Assembly: GCA_951406725.2 (NCBI GenBank)
Contig: OX597826.1
Location: 70,990,001 to 71,054,000, forward strand
Length of the DNA: 64,000 nt
DNA from: Octopus vulgaris
Taxonomy: Eukaryota
Reading direction: 5' to 3'
Made by a program: the position numbers and the translations under genes. The notes under the pieces were generated by a model, which worked only from the letters and a program-made list of their open reading frames with translations, was not told where the DNA came from and did not search any database. This document shows, piece after piece, positions 29,518 through 43,206 of this stretch (positions are counted from its first letter, which is position 1; every line of letters starts with the position of its first letter).

Positions 29518-31505
29518 TACATACATACATACATACATACATACATACATACATACATACATACATACATACATACATGTTTTGCTAAGCACATCTGTAG
29601 GAATAAACCACAATCTTACGATATATGTAATTAAATAAGGACTTACTATATTAAATAAATATAATTTTCAAAAGGTGATTAAAACATAATTTGGCAAATT
29701 TCTAATTATATATATACATATTTTTAAGATAGGCAAGATTGAACATAAAATAAAATAGACATAAGATATACATTAAAAATTTATAACAGAACAGGAAATA
29801 CATATTATAATAAACATATATACATTTTTACAAATATATAATACATCTTCTATACATCATACTACATTCATATACAGGTTTCATAATAAAACACATACAT
29901 AAATACATACATACATACATGAAAATATACATACATACATACATACATATGACATACATATACACAAATACATATTATACATACATACATACATACATAC
30001 ATATTGTATTCATTATTTTATGCATTTGATTTTCAGTTACATTATAATCATATTTTACATACATACTGTGAACATATGACAAAATACATACATACCACAC
30101 CACGCACATATCCAACACATAACATAATACATAATAATAATACATACATACATACATACATTGGCTGAAGCGCACCCCCAAACATAACATACATTACATA
30201 AACATACAAACATAATACATACATACATACAAATGAGTGTTTTATATTCTACATACATACATCCGTGCACATGGAATACATACAGTATCCACATGCATAC
30301 GCTCTTGCTAGATACTTCCTTATTGTAGGAAACATTATTCTCCTGGTGAGACGGTGATGAATCCGGTATTTGCATATTTATATAATACTTTGCTCTTTGT
30401 GCATAAGTATGCCAACATCAACGAAAATGACCAAAATGGCGTCGCACCATTAAATCTTGACATCAACACACGAATGAAGATTTATATAACACGTTCCAAT
30501 TCCATCCATTTTTAGAATCGTATTATATTCATTGTTTAATAGTCATACTGATTACCTTTTTTTCTACTCTTCATTTCAGACATTTACATTACAAGGCAAA
30601 AATCGAAAAAAGAAAATGAATAAGAATTAATACATATATTTTTAAAATTTCGATAATAATTTAAAAAATATTTTGTTTTATTAATTGCTATGTTGCAACA
30701 TATAATATTATTGTTGTTATTATTTTGCAGCATTAATAATTATAGTACTTTTTGTTGTTTTTTTTTTTCACTATAGTTATGCTGTTATATTATCACTTAA
30801 CACCAAATATTCTACTATTATTTCACTATTTGTGTTTATTCATAATAAAAGCCAATAGTGTAACAATAGAATAATAAATAAAACAAGCAAAAAAATGCAA
30901 GTTTTTTGTAATATCTTATATACTATTACTATATAAAGAACTTCGTGCTGCTTTGTGCAAATAACATATAACTAATGTCGGCTGTCCGACTGCTGTTTGT
31001 ATATCTACTTATATCTGTTTTATGTTACTGCTGCATGCTATACTACTACACAGCTACATACATACACTACATACATACATACATACATCTACTCTATACA
31101 TATCTACTAACTACATACTACATACTATATGCTGCTGTGCTGTTTACATACATACATACAGCATGCCATACATACATACTAAAATCGCTATATACAAAAC
31201 AACATAAGATACACAAAACAAAACGCGATATTCATGCTAAGGATACAACATCATCCGGCTGCCACATACATACATACACAACAATGCATACATACTAGCA
31301 AATAAGATACAGATTTTTTTCTTCTAATTCATATTCTCAACACAAAAAAAAGCTGGTGAGATTTTACTGTTGCTTTTCTTCTGCATAGACACAACTTTTT
31401 TGCTATCTTTTTCTTGATTTTGGCGTCATTTGTGCTAAATTACTACACACACCACCACACAACACAAAATTTTCACTTTTATTTTATTCTCATCGTTTTT
31501 CGTTA

Positions 31506-31576
31506 TACTACTACTACTACTACTACTACTACTACAAAAAGAAGAAAAGGCATAAAACTAAAAATACTAAAAGAGA

Positions 31577-31610
<34 letters not shown>

Positions 31611-31614
31611 GTAG

Positions 31615-31681
<67 letters not shown>

Positions 31682-31721
31682 GCTACTGCTGCTGCTGCTG
31701 CTACTGCTGTTGCTGCTACTA

Positions 31722-31768
<47 letters not shown>

Positions 31769-31838
31769 GCTGCTACTACTACTACTGCAGCTGCTGCTGC
31801 TGCTACTGCTGCTACTACTACTACTGCTGCTGCTACTG

Positions 31839-31876
<38 letters not shown>

Positions 31877-31890
31877 GCTGCTGCTGCTAT
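31506..31890. repeat. (CTA)n/(CTG)n compound trinucleotide tract
   Basis: Direct inspection. Confidence 0.9.
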
Positions 31891-32223
31891 TACAGAGGCA
31901 ACAACAGCAGTGGCCAAAAGCATGGGGTACAGTAACTAAAATCGAAAAATCTAAATATTTTAACAACAACAACAATCACAAAAAACAAAACAAAACAAAA
32001 AAAACAAAAAAAAAAAAAAAAAACAAAAAAAAAAAAAAAAAAAAAAACAACCAACAACAACACAACAACACACATCAACACAACAACAACAGATAAAAAA
32101 AACCAACACCACACACTCCACCCTCTCCAACCACCCAAAGAACACCAAAAACAGAACAATAACAAACACACACACAAATACACACAACACAAAAACAATG
32201 AAAAAAAGAATGAAAAAAAATAA

Positions 32224-32290
<67 letters not shown>

Positions 32291-32518
32291 TATAATATAT
32301 ATATATATATATATATCGATTTATCTGATTATATGCGAGTGCCGGTGCGTATGTGTGTACGTATGTAGACTCACACACACACACACATAGATAGATAGAG
32401 AGATAAGTAAATATAGACATATATATATATACATACATACATACATACATACATATACATATATATAATATAAGTATATATATACATATATAAATATTTA
32501 TATACAGGCATATACATA

Positions 32519-32648
<130 letters not shown>

Positions 32649-32839
32649 ATAATAATAATAATAATAATAATATATAATAATATTCTATAAGGTATAATAA
32701 TTTTTTCATTGTTGAATTGATAATAATGTGATTTTTTCTAACTTACGTATATATATATATATATAATATATATATATAATATATATCCATAATATATATA
32801 TATATTATTCATATATATATATATATAAGGTATATATAC

Positions 32840-32955
<116 letters not shown>

Positions 32956-33110
32956 GTATATATATATATATATATATACGCACGTGCACACACACACACA
33001 CACATGATCAGGGAAATAAAATGAAATAAATTAACAATAATGAAAATGGCGATGCCTCAGCGTAGGCACTGTTTTTAGCTGAAACAAAAAATAGTGAATA
33101 CGCGGCGCAT

Positions 33111-33161
<51 letters not shown>

Positions 33162-33503
33162 TAGAATATATATCTACGTAGTTTATAAATGAGAGAAAAT
33201 TACTTATAATAAGACCTGTCGTATAAATCATAATTATTCGATTGCCGACACCTGTCATTAGTTTAAGCTCCGTAATCGTTCAAACAGTCAGACGAATATA
33301 TGGACGTGTCTTTGGGTAAATATATATAGAGAGAAAGAGTGAGAGATAAATAGATATATTTTTGCGTATGTCTATATGTATATATAAAACATAAATACGT
33401 ATACAATTATAAATATATATATATATTTAAATTATATATATACATTTACATATATGTGTGTATGTGTGTGTAAATGTATGTATATATATATATATATATA
33501 TAT

Positions 33504-33536
<33 letters not shown>

Positions 33537-33638
33537 TGTAATTGTATATATATATATATATATATATATACATAAATGTATACATATATATGTTTTATAC
33601 ATATAAATATACGCACAAATATATCTATTTATCTCCCA

Positions 33639-33692
<54 letters not shown>

Positions 33693-33740
33693 ATTTATGT
33701 ATATATATAAATATATATATATTACATTACTCGGTAGTCA

Positions 33741-33803
33741 AGATAAAACTCTGAGTTTCAGATGCCGAAGTGGAAATCCACAACACCATCTCATCGGTTA
33801 TCT
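33741..33803 (-). ncRNA. Hammerhead-ribozyme-like motif in pLTR (core CCGATGA)
   Basis: Minus strand: AGATAA-CCGATGA-GATG..CATC-T-GAA-ACTC(A)GAGT-T-TTATCT. Confidence 0.6.
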
Positions 33804-33998
33804 GGCTATTTGAAAACGTTATGAAAAAATACCGTTAAAAATGAAGGGAAATTACTCTGTTATAACTCTGCTTTGCCTGCGTACTTATACATCGCTCGCA
33901 TTTTTCGTCATAAAAATTATATAAAAATACATAAAAAATATATAAAAATATATAAAAATATATAAAATCTTCTTGGGACATAACACAGAAAGCATGTT

Positions 33999-34583
33999 CT
34001 ATCCGTTTTCTTTAGGGGACCAAAAACGTAACAGAAATTTAGTCACATGTGGGCATGATCCGAAAAGCTCTGTCCTTGTATTTAGACATGTGGTAGGGTC
34101 TAAGCTGCTTTTCCAGAAAAGCCATCTCCCCATGTCGCATAAACCGCACCTTCCGCTGCCGTTAGTATAGGGCTTACATCTGGCCAAAATCTTCCATTGT
34201 ATGTTATAATCGACACCTTTATCTCTTAAAGACCAAATATGATTGGATAATTGTGTCTCTTTTCTTTTGTTCCAGTGCCTAAAGCTCAAAGTGTGGTTAT
34301 TGAACCTGGCCTTGAAATTACCCTCTGTCAGGCCCACGTATTTCTTCGTCGAAACGGTGTCTTTAGTGGTTATAGAGTTTACGGTAGCTTCATATATGAT
34401 GGTCTTGGACATGCAAGCTCCATTTAGCGGGCACAATTCTTTATTCCTGCATGAACAGCTGTTTTCTTCTTGTGTTTTTTGTATGTTATGATTGATTATG
34501 TTTTTAAAATTGGTAGTTGAACTAAAACTAATTTTTAAATTGTGTCTATTGAAGAGTTTCCTATAAGCATGGTTAACTGGAAA
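33999..34583 (-). CDS. C-terminal fragment of Penelope ORF: Cys-rich linker + GIY-YIG endonuclease (no start codon, 5'-truncated)
   Basis: LFNRHNLKISFSSTTNF..CSCRNKELCPLNGACMSKTIIYEA..KYVGLTEGNFKARFNNHTLSF..TQLSNHIW..WKIL..RCGLC..LNTRTELFGSCPH. Confidence 0.88.
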   Translation of the reverse strand, partial: FPVNHAYRKLFNRHNLKISFSSTTNFKNIINHNIQKTQEENSCSCRNKELCPLNGACMSKTIIYEATVNSITTKDTVSTKKYVGLTEGNFKARFNNHTLSFRHWNKRKETQLSNHIWSLRDKGVDYNIQWKILARCKPYTNGSGRCGLCDMGRWLFWKSSLDPTTCLNTRTELFGSCPHVTKFLLRFWSPKENG

Positions 34584-34610
34584 ATTTTTTCATAACGTTT
34601 TCAAATAGCC

Positions 34611-34673
34611 AGATAACCGAAGAGATGGTGTTGTGGATTTCCACTTCGGCATCTGAAACTCAGAGTTTTATCT
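34611..34673 (+). ncRNA. Hammerhead-ribozyme-like motif in inverted pLTR copy (core CCGAAGA)
   Basis: Helix I AGATAA/TTATCT, helix II GATG/CATC enclosing GTGGA/TCCAC, GAAA, helix III ACTC/GAGT. Confidence 0.6.
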
Positions 34674-34769
34674 TGACTACCGAGTAATGTAACATATTGT
34701 ATAGATAAATTTCCTCTATTTACATAATATTGAGGTCTCTTTCTTTCTTTTGTTATCTTACCGTTTTAT

Positions 34770-34872
<103 letters not shown>

Positions 34873-34874
34873 GG

Positions 34875-35245
34875 TATATATGTCCCGCCAGCAATTTGCA
34901 AAGAAGGCCACATATGTTGCAAGTGTGAGGATTACTGGTCAGTGGTATATTAGCAACCGCCTTTCTCCTTTGCCTTCCACCCCGATGCCTGTTAATGCTG
35001 GTTGCAACAAAGTTTTTAATACCATTTTGACACAACGATCTCCATTTTGTTCGTACAAGGCTGTTCGCTCAAAGGTGCTGTGAGTTATCTTCATCACTAA
35101 GCGGTTACTCTTCAGCCTGTCCTTATATCTGAACCATGGTCAACCAACATTCCTGTGTCCATTCTCAAGCTGGCTGTACATGAGAACTTTGGGTAGGATT
35201 TCGTCACACATTCTTACAACATGGCCACCCAAGCGCAACTGTTAT
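34875..35245 (-). mobile_element. RTE-clade LINE 3' fragment
   Basis: GHVVRMCDEILPKVLMYSQLENGHRNVG*PWFRYKDRLK ... WRSLCQNG ... [11 protein letters not shown] (C-terminal zinc finger). Confidence 0.8.
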
Positions 35246-35314
35246 TGTATACATACACATATACATACACGCACACACATAAGCACCCACACTCAAGCAT
35301 ATATATAGGAATAT

Positions 35315-35455
35315 ACTAACCACATGGTTCCGGGTTCAATCCCACTGCGTGGTACCTTGGGCAAGTGTCTTCTACTATAGCCTCGGGCCGACCAAAGCCT
35401 TGTGAGTGGATTTGGTAGACGGAAAGTGAAATAAGTCCGTCGTATATATGTATAT

Positions 35456-35513
<58 letters not shown>

Positions 35514-35725
35514 TTGTGTGTCTGTGTTTGTCCCCCAACATCGCTTGATAACCGATGTTGGTGTGTTTATGTCCCCGTAACTTAGCGGTTCGGCAAAAGA
35601 GAAACCGATAGAATAAGTATTAGGCTCACAAAGAATAAGTACTGGGGTCGATTTGTTCGACTAAAGGTAGTGCTCCAGCATGGCCGCATTCAAATGACTG
35701 AAACAAATGAATAAAAGAAAAGAAT
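35315..35725 (+). mobile_element. SINE family D
   Basis: GGGTTCAATCCC box B, CCTTGGGCAAGTGTCTTCT core, internal TG tract. Confidence 0.9.
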
Positions 35726-36445
35726 AAAATATATATACTTTTATGTATACACTTTTGTTTGCCCGTTGAAGTGAATTGAAATAAACTGGCAATCATACTA
35801 AAGGACGTGCTACAGCATGGCCATAGCTTTTGGATGAAACAAGTGATATTAAAAGCGCATGCGTTCGTGCGTGTGTGTGTGTGGTTTATATGCATGCATG
35901 CACACATTTAAATATATGAAAATTAAGATCTTTTAAGTTTCAAAGTTAACAGCATTTATAAGAATATGCTATTAAGAGAAAAAATGTCGTTCAATAATCA
36001 AGAAAGCTAAAGAGTTCAGGTAGAAAGGGAAGTAAAAAAGAGAGGATAGAATCAAAGAGAATTTATAAAGAAGGTAAGTAATTTTGAACATTGTAAGTCA
36101 AGTATGTTATCTGCAATAGACGTGAGCTGTGAGGTCCTTGAAATATTCACAATACGACGAGAATTGTATTTTACTCAAAACGTTACGATTTCGGAAAGTG
36201 GATTGCGTCTCTGATTTTTTTAGAACGCTGACGTTGCCAACTGGGAAATCAATGGTAAATGAGAGGCATCGGTCAGTCTTATTACTTCAATAAACTATAT
36301 TCATGTGTGTGTGTGTGTGTGCATGCGTGTGTGTGTGTGTGTGTATTTGAGTGTGTGTATGCTTACACTAAATACACATACATATATATATGCATATGTG
36401 TGTGCGAGTATGTAGTGTATGTATGTATGTGTATGTATATATGTA

Positions 36446-36502
<57 letters not shown>

Positions 36503-36558
36503 ATATATATATTATATATGTATATATGTATATATGTATATATAAATATATATGTATA

Positions 36559-36649
<91 letters not shown>

Positions 36650-36704
36650 ATATAAATATATATGTATGTATATATGTATATATAAATATATATGTATGTA
36701 TATG

Positions 36705-36736
<32 letters not shown>

Positions 36737-36857
36737 ATATACATATATATATATATACATATATACATATACATATATATATATATTGTAATGCACCTGA
36801 GCACTGTATACAACAATTTCTTTCATGTGATGTGTGTATATGTATATATATGCATTA

Positions 36858-36896
<39 letters not shown>

Positions 36897-37126
36897 GTTA
36901 GTTTCTCTAGTTTTGAATGGATAGGTTTATTCAGAGAAATATCCATATATACGATATATATTTTACATGAAAATACGCATTTGTGTGCACGAAAAGAGAG
37001 TAACACACATACACACACACACAATATTTATGGAAAACTTATAAAAATGAGCGTAAGTAACTTTACTTAGACATAGCAATATATCTAAATATGACATTAT
37101 ACCTTGTAATATAACTAACCTAACAA

Positions 37127-37347
37127 GGCGGCGAGCTGGCAGAAACGTTAGCACCCCGGGCGAAATGCTTAGCAGTATTTCGTCTGTCTTTACGTTCCGA
37201 TTTGAAATTACGTCAAGGTCGGCTTTGCCTTTCATCCTTTTGGGTTCGTTAAATTAAGTACCAGTTGCGTACTAGAGTCGATCTAAGCGACTGGACACCC
37301 TCCCCAAAAATTTCGGGCCTTGTGCCTAGAGTAGACAAAGAATATTC
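37127..37347 (+). mobile_element. SINE family C head/body with an alternative 3' tail
   Basis: Same head and body but the tail is CCCTCCCCAAAAATTTCGGGCCTTGTGCCTAGAGTAGACAAAGAATATT; TSD CTAACCTAACA. Confidence 0.85.
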
Positions 37348-37437
37348 CTAACCTAACATATCTGTGAATGAATATGTGAGCCTTTGTGTGCCTCTCTGTG
37401 CCTCCTTTTTTGCAACTTGTGTTCATGTCTCCATTTA

Positions 37438-37498
<61 letters not shown>

Positions 37499-37564
37499 GT
37501 GTATACATAAGTGTGTATATATATACATATATATATGTAAGTATCCGTATACATATCCGTGTGT

Positions 37565-37672
<108 letters not shown>

Positions 37673-38145
37673 ATAGATAGATATAGATATAGATATAGAT
37701 ATAGATATAGATATAGATGTAGATATAGATATATCATGCATGCTTTCCGATACTTGTACATCTGTTTATATGTGGCTTTAAGCAAAACCGAAAATCCATT
37801 CTTGCAACAATAACTGACTGCGTTTGGAAAGAGATACATAACTGTATACAACATCGACGTTTCGATGGGTTTTCATAGCCTACATACTTGCTTAATATTT
37901 TCTTTCTGCAGTGTTCATGCTTCAGGGAAGAATTCGATATAATTCAGCAGTTCCAGTGCCAGCTTCGTAAATAAATAGAATACATAAACAAATAATTCTT
38001 GTGTAATATTTATTCTCAACTAATCCCATACTGAAAACATGAATCGTTACATTTCATTATATTTTATCCCAACCGCGGCCCATTATCCCGCCACTATTCA
38101 ACACTGCGGCTGCGCTCCCTTTGGTTATATGCGTGTGTATTTGTG

Positions 38146-38584
38146 TATGTATGTATGTATGTATGTATGTATGTATGTATGTATGTATGTATGTATGTAT
38201 GTATGTATGTATGCATGTATGTATGTATGTATGTATATATGTATGCATGTATGTATGTATGTATGTATGTATATATGTATGCATGTATGTATGTATGTAT
38301 GTATGTATGTATGTATGCATGTATGTATGTATGTATATATGTATGCATGTATGTATGTATGTATGTATGTATGTATGCATGTATGTATGTATGTATGTAT
38401 ATATGTATGTATGTATGTATATATGCATGTATGTATGTATGTATGTATGTATGTATGCATGTATGTATGTATTATGTATGTATGTATGTATGTATATATG
38501 CATGTATGTATGTATGTATGTATGTATGTATGTATGTATGCATGTATGTATGAATGTATGTATGTATGTATGTATGTATGTATG

Positions 38585-38618
<34 letters not shown>

Positions 38619-38712
38619 TGTATGTATGTATGTATGTATGTATGTATGTATGTATGTATGTATGTATGTATGTATGTATGTATGTATGTATGTATGTATG
38701 TATGTATGTATG
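38146..38712. repeat. (TATG)n tetranucleotide array, ~570 bp
   Basis: Direct inspection. Confidence 0.97.
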
Positions 38713-38746
38713 TGTGTATGTGTGCGTATATATGTGCATGTGTTAA

Positions 38747-38977
38747 GGCGGCGAGCTGGCAGAAAGGTTAGCACGCCGGGCAAAATGCGTAGCCGTATTT
38801 CGTCTGTCGTTACGTTCCGAGTTCAAATTCCGCCGAGGTCGACTTTGCCTTTCATCCTTTCGGGGTCGATAAATTAAGTACCAGCTACGCACTGGGGTCG
38901 ATATAATCGACTTAATCCCTTTGTCTGTCCTTGTTTGTCCCCTCTGTGTTTAGCCCCTTGTGGGTAGTAAAGAAATA
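38747..38977 (+). mobile_element. SINE family C monomer
   Basis: Full length; TSD ATATGTGCATGTGT. Confidence 0.9.
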
Positions 38978-39894
38978 TACATATGTGCATGTGTGCGCGC
39001 GTGCGTGCGTGTGTAAGTATATATATATATATACATACGTCGATATGTATGTGTGTGTGCGTGTGCGGGAGCATACATATGTGAACGTATATAATGTGTA
39101 CATATAATACATATGTATACGCATGCATTCATTTATATAAAATGTATGTGTGTGTATGTACGTGTGTGAGTGTGTGAGTGCGTGTGCATGTATGTTTGTA
39201 TGTATGTATGTATGTATGTATGTATGTATGTATGTATGTATGTGTGTACGTGTGTGCGTGTGTGTGAGGGAGAGAGAGCAGTGTCTCATAATTGAATATT
39301 GTTTCACCTGGTGGCGGGGTTGAATTTGCCGCCACCCCAGTCGCTCCACCCATGCAACCCCGAAAAACTCAATATACATCAAAAATCCTTAAATGGAAAA
39401 GGGAAAAACTACATATAGACAAAAATATCTAAAATAAAAATTAGGGCACCATATTTGCCTCTGGATGAAAATATTAAACACAACAGTCTACTTAGTTATT
39501 TTTCTTACTTTTCCGTTTGGAGAATCTTCAATAACACAGTCTAAATTTATTCCATTTATCAAATGTTTGTTCTATAAACAGCATGGAACGATTCTCAAGG
39601 TACTCAAAGTGCGTGCGTGTGTAATCTTATATATATATAACATACGTCGATATGTATGTGTGTGTGCGTGTGCGGGAGACATCTGTATGTCCGAACGTAT
39701 ATAATGTGTACATATAATACATATGTATACGCATGCATTCATTTATATAAAATGTATGTGTGTGTATGTACGTGTGTGAGTGTGTGAGTGCGTGTGCATG
39801 TGTTTGTGCGCATATATGTTAAAAAAATTAATGAGTTTTTCCGCATTGTGTGTATATGTGTGTACGTGTGTGCGTGTGTATGAGGGAGAGAGAC

Positions 39895-39959
39895 TATCTA
39901 AAAATGCTTATATAGTTATTTCCCTTACAAATCCGAGCAACGCCGGGCGATACTGCTAG
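39895..39959 (+). mobile_element. Helitron 3' end (family H1)
   Basis: Nearly identical to 50621-50685: CCGAGCAACGCCGGG hairpin, CTAG|T. Confidence 0.8.
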
Positions 39960-40464
39960 TTCTTTACCAAAATTTTATTTACAAAGCTCGTCTCACGGCT
40001 GGCAGCGTTAATAGCAATTGTTAAAAACATCTGCAGTTGAACTACAATATTTGGGACCGAATTCCCCTGATTATTCTTCTATTCTTACAATAAAATTTCC
40101 TTCTGCGTATCTGTTTCGTTGAGCGTATCAGCAACAGCATTAAAATGCTGACGTTTGTTTCTCTCTGTGAAGAAATCCTCCCTATCAATGTCATCAGAGT
40201 CGTGATCTAGTCGTCACTCATATTTATCGTCCAAAACATTAGATGGAGTAAGGAAAATATTTGTCACGGTAAGTTCAAACAGCTGCCGAACAGATTTTTC
40301 TCGAATTACTCTGTTCAACGAGGAAGAAAAATTATTCAGTTTTGCTTTGCAATCAGCCTATCCTTCAACGTCAGTCTTCTTATTAATTCCTTCTTGATAA
40401 CTCTGTAAGACCACATTCTCTTCTACAAGGAGTTCAATTTCATGACACGTGTACCCTTAACTAT

Positions 40465-40581
40465 GTTAAGGGTACACGTGTCTGTGGAGTGTTCAGCCAC
40501 TTACACGTTAATTTCACGAGCAGGCTGTTCCGTTGATTCGGATCAACCGGAACCCTCGTCGTCGTAACCGACGGAGTGCTG
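40465..40581 (+). mobile_element. 5'-truncated RTE-tailed SINE with 18-bp fold-back at its 5' junction
   Basis: Homologous to 18004-18180; palindrome 40444-40482. Confidence 0.7.
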
Positions 40582-40691
40582 CCCTTAAAAAAATCCCTTG
40601 AAGCTAACGAACTCTTTAAAGTTCAATAATCAATTTAATTTAATGCTGATTCGAATTCTGAATGTGTTTCAACTTCAGTTGTTGTATAAAC

Positions 40692-40728
<37 letters not shown>

Positions 40729-41098
40729 CACCACCACCACCACTACCACCACCACTAAATATAGAACAAGTTATTTCATTAGTACCGCTTCACTCATTTT
40801 TTACACACATTCCCCATCTACTTTGTTTTGCTTTTTCCAGTTTTCTTTTTAAATAGCATCAGATTAATAGAAGCATAAAATATTTATTAACCTAATAATT
40901 AATTAATTTCTTGGATATTTTGTTAGGAAAGAGTTATTTATGGGGTATTTCCATTTTTATCAAAATAAATTTTATACACGCATGCTATTATTAATTAGAT
41001 ACAATTAAGCTCTTAATATGTATGAGGGTCAATAAGGTCATCTTCAAAGGGTGTAAACTTTATATCTGACGGCACTAATCTGTGTTTTTGCCGAAAAT

Positions 41099-42291
41099 AT
41101 TGCTTGGTGTCTTGTACTGTTATACTGTCCCTCTAATAAAACAAAAATGCTTCCTCAAAATAAGCGATCCATGTTGCACCGCCTCGCATCCTTTCAACTA
41201 TTCCATGTGTATAAAAAAATGTGTGTTTGTCTACCTGTACGTTTATATACTCGTTTTGCAAGATTCTTGATGTGAATCTGTCTGTTGAAACAGATATTGT
41301 TGTATTTGGGGATGTTCATGTTGCCAGTTTAGCCAATGAAAACACATGCGCTATATATTTGCTGTTCACTTGCTTCAACTTTATTTTATATTAATTGTAT
41401 TTCGGCCAGAGTTCTTTCGTCACACTTCTCTGATCTTACCAGTAATCCTTTGCTTTCTTCTTTCTCTTTTTTTTTGTGTGTGTGTTTCTCTCCTTACTAA
41501 CGATCTGTCATTTTGTATTCCTGTTGTATGTGTCTTTTTTCCTGTTTTCTTTTTAAATTTGCGCATACGTATATCCCTGTGTGTCTTTATTTGCGCATGC
41601 GTATATCCTTGTGTGTGTCTGTGTTTAGTAAGTGTGAGTGGGGAATGTATATGGTACGTGCATGTATGAGTCATTCATCTTGTCCAATTTAGGGATAGGA
41701 ATGGGATTTGCTTGGTGTCTTGTACTGTTATACTGTCCCTCTAATAAAACAAAAATGCTTCCTCAAAATAAGCGATCCATGTTGCACCGCCTCGCATCCT
41801 TTCAACTATTCCATGTGTATAAAAATGTGTGTTTGTCTACCTGTACGTTTATATACTCGTTTTGCAAGATTCTTGATGTGAATCTGTCTGTTGAAACAGA
41901 TATTGTTGTATTTGGGGATGTTCATGTTGCCAGTTTAGCCAATGAAAACACATGCGCTATATATTTGCTGTTCACTTGCTTCAACTTTATTTTATATTAA
42001 TTGTATTTCGGCCAGAGTTCTTTCGTCACACTTCTGTGATCTTACCAGTAATCCTTTGCTTTCTTCTTTCTCTTTTTTTTGTGTGTGTGTTTCTCTCCTT
42101 ACTAACGATCTGTCATTTTGTATTCCTGTTGTATGTGTCTTTATTTGCGCATACGTATATCCCTGTGTGTCTTTATTTGCGCATGCGTATATCCTTGTGT
42201 GTGTCTGTGTTTAGTAAGTGTGAGTGGGGAATGTATATGGTACGTGCATTGTCATTCTCTTGTCCAATTTAGGGATAGGAATGGGATTTGC
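41099..42291. repeat. Near-identical tandem duplication, period 608 bp
   Basis: TGCTTGGTGTCTTGTACTG at 41101 and 41709; the second copy has a ~20-bp deletion and ends ..GGAATGGGATTTGC. Confidence 0.95.
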
Positions 42292-43206
42292 CTACTCTAT
42301 AGGAGCAAGTCATGGAATACCATTGAAAGAACTAAGAAGAAAATAAGGAAGACCAACTCATGGTATGATAGCCACAAATACCAGAGTGTCATGAGGCTGC
42401 ATTCATTAGTGGTACGCATTATTTTCACGAATTGTTTTCTTATAGTAACTTTAGAGACAAAATACAATATTCGATTCACAGTAACTAATTATTTCAAGTG
42501 TAAAAATAGACCAAGAACTATCCGTTGGTGTAATCCCGTATGTAGTCTAAATGTCTACATCCATATTGCGAGAGATATCTTAAATTTAGTTGCCTTTCAT
42601 TTTCCGATATATCATAAGATCATAAAATTATAAATAGCAACAGTGAAATACGATTAAGCTAAACGAGTCATGTTGTAAAATCCAGCAAATTCCATTTATT
42701 TTAAAATCCCTTTCATGTATCGATATCATTCAACAGATAATTTGAGGTAATTACCAATCAAGTATTTATTTGGGGATATTTCCAATCAGAAAACAGCACC
42801 AGCCCACGACAGTTCATCGTGGTCAGGAGACCTCCTTACATTCTAGAAGTACTGTGATGTAACTTCACGACAGCAAGCTGCAAATATATATATCATCACA
42901 TGATACACATAGACCAATGAGAACGATGCTTACCAACGACGAAGAGGGATTTGTCTTTCAAGCAGTATGTGTCTAAATTATAATTTACAGCGACCATCTG
43001 AAAGATTAGACGTGTGTGATTAACGCTAACATAAAAAAAAAACTGCTCAGCAAATTATATACGTGTGTGTGTGTATGTGTGAGCGTGATTTTGCGCGTGT
43101 GTGTGAGTGTGAGTGTGTGTGTGCATTTGTGTGTGCGGGTGCGTGTATGGACCTTTTGAGGTGTTCAGAGACATTCACATACACACTTAGGTATGCACAC
43201 ACACAA

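Noticed and set aside
29640-32220. Odd mosaic of TACA fragments and A-rich runs
   Set aside because: Looks like low-accuracy consensus or heavily decayed microsatellite; no interpretable structure, and raw reads are needed
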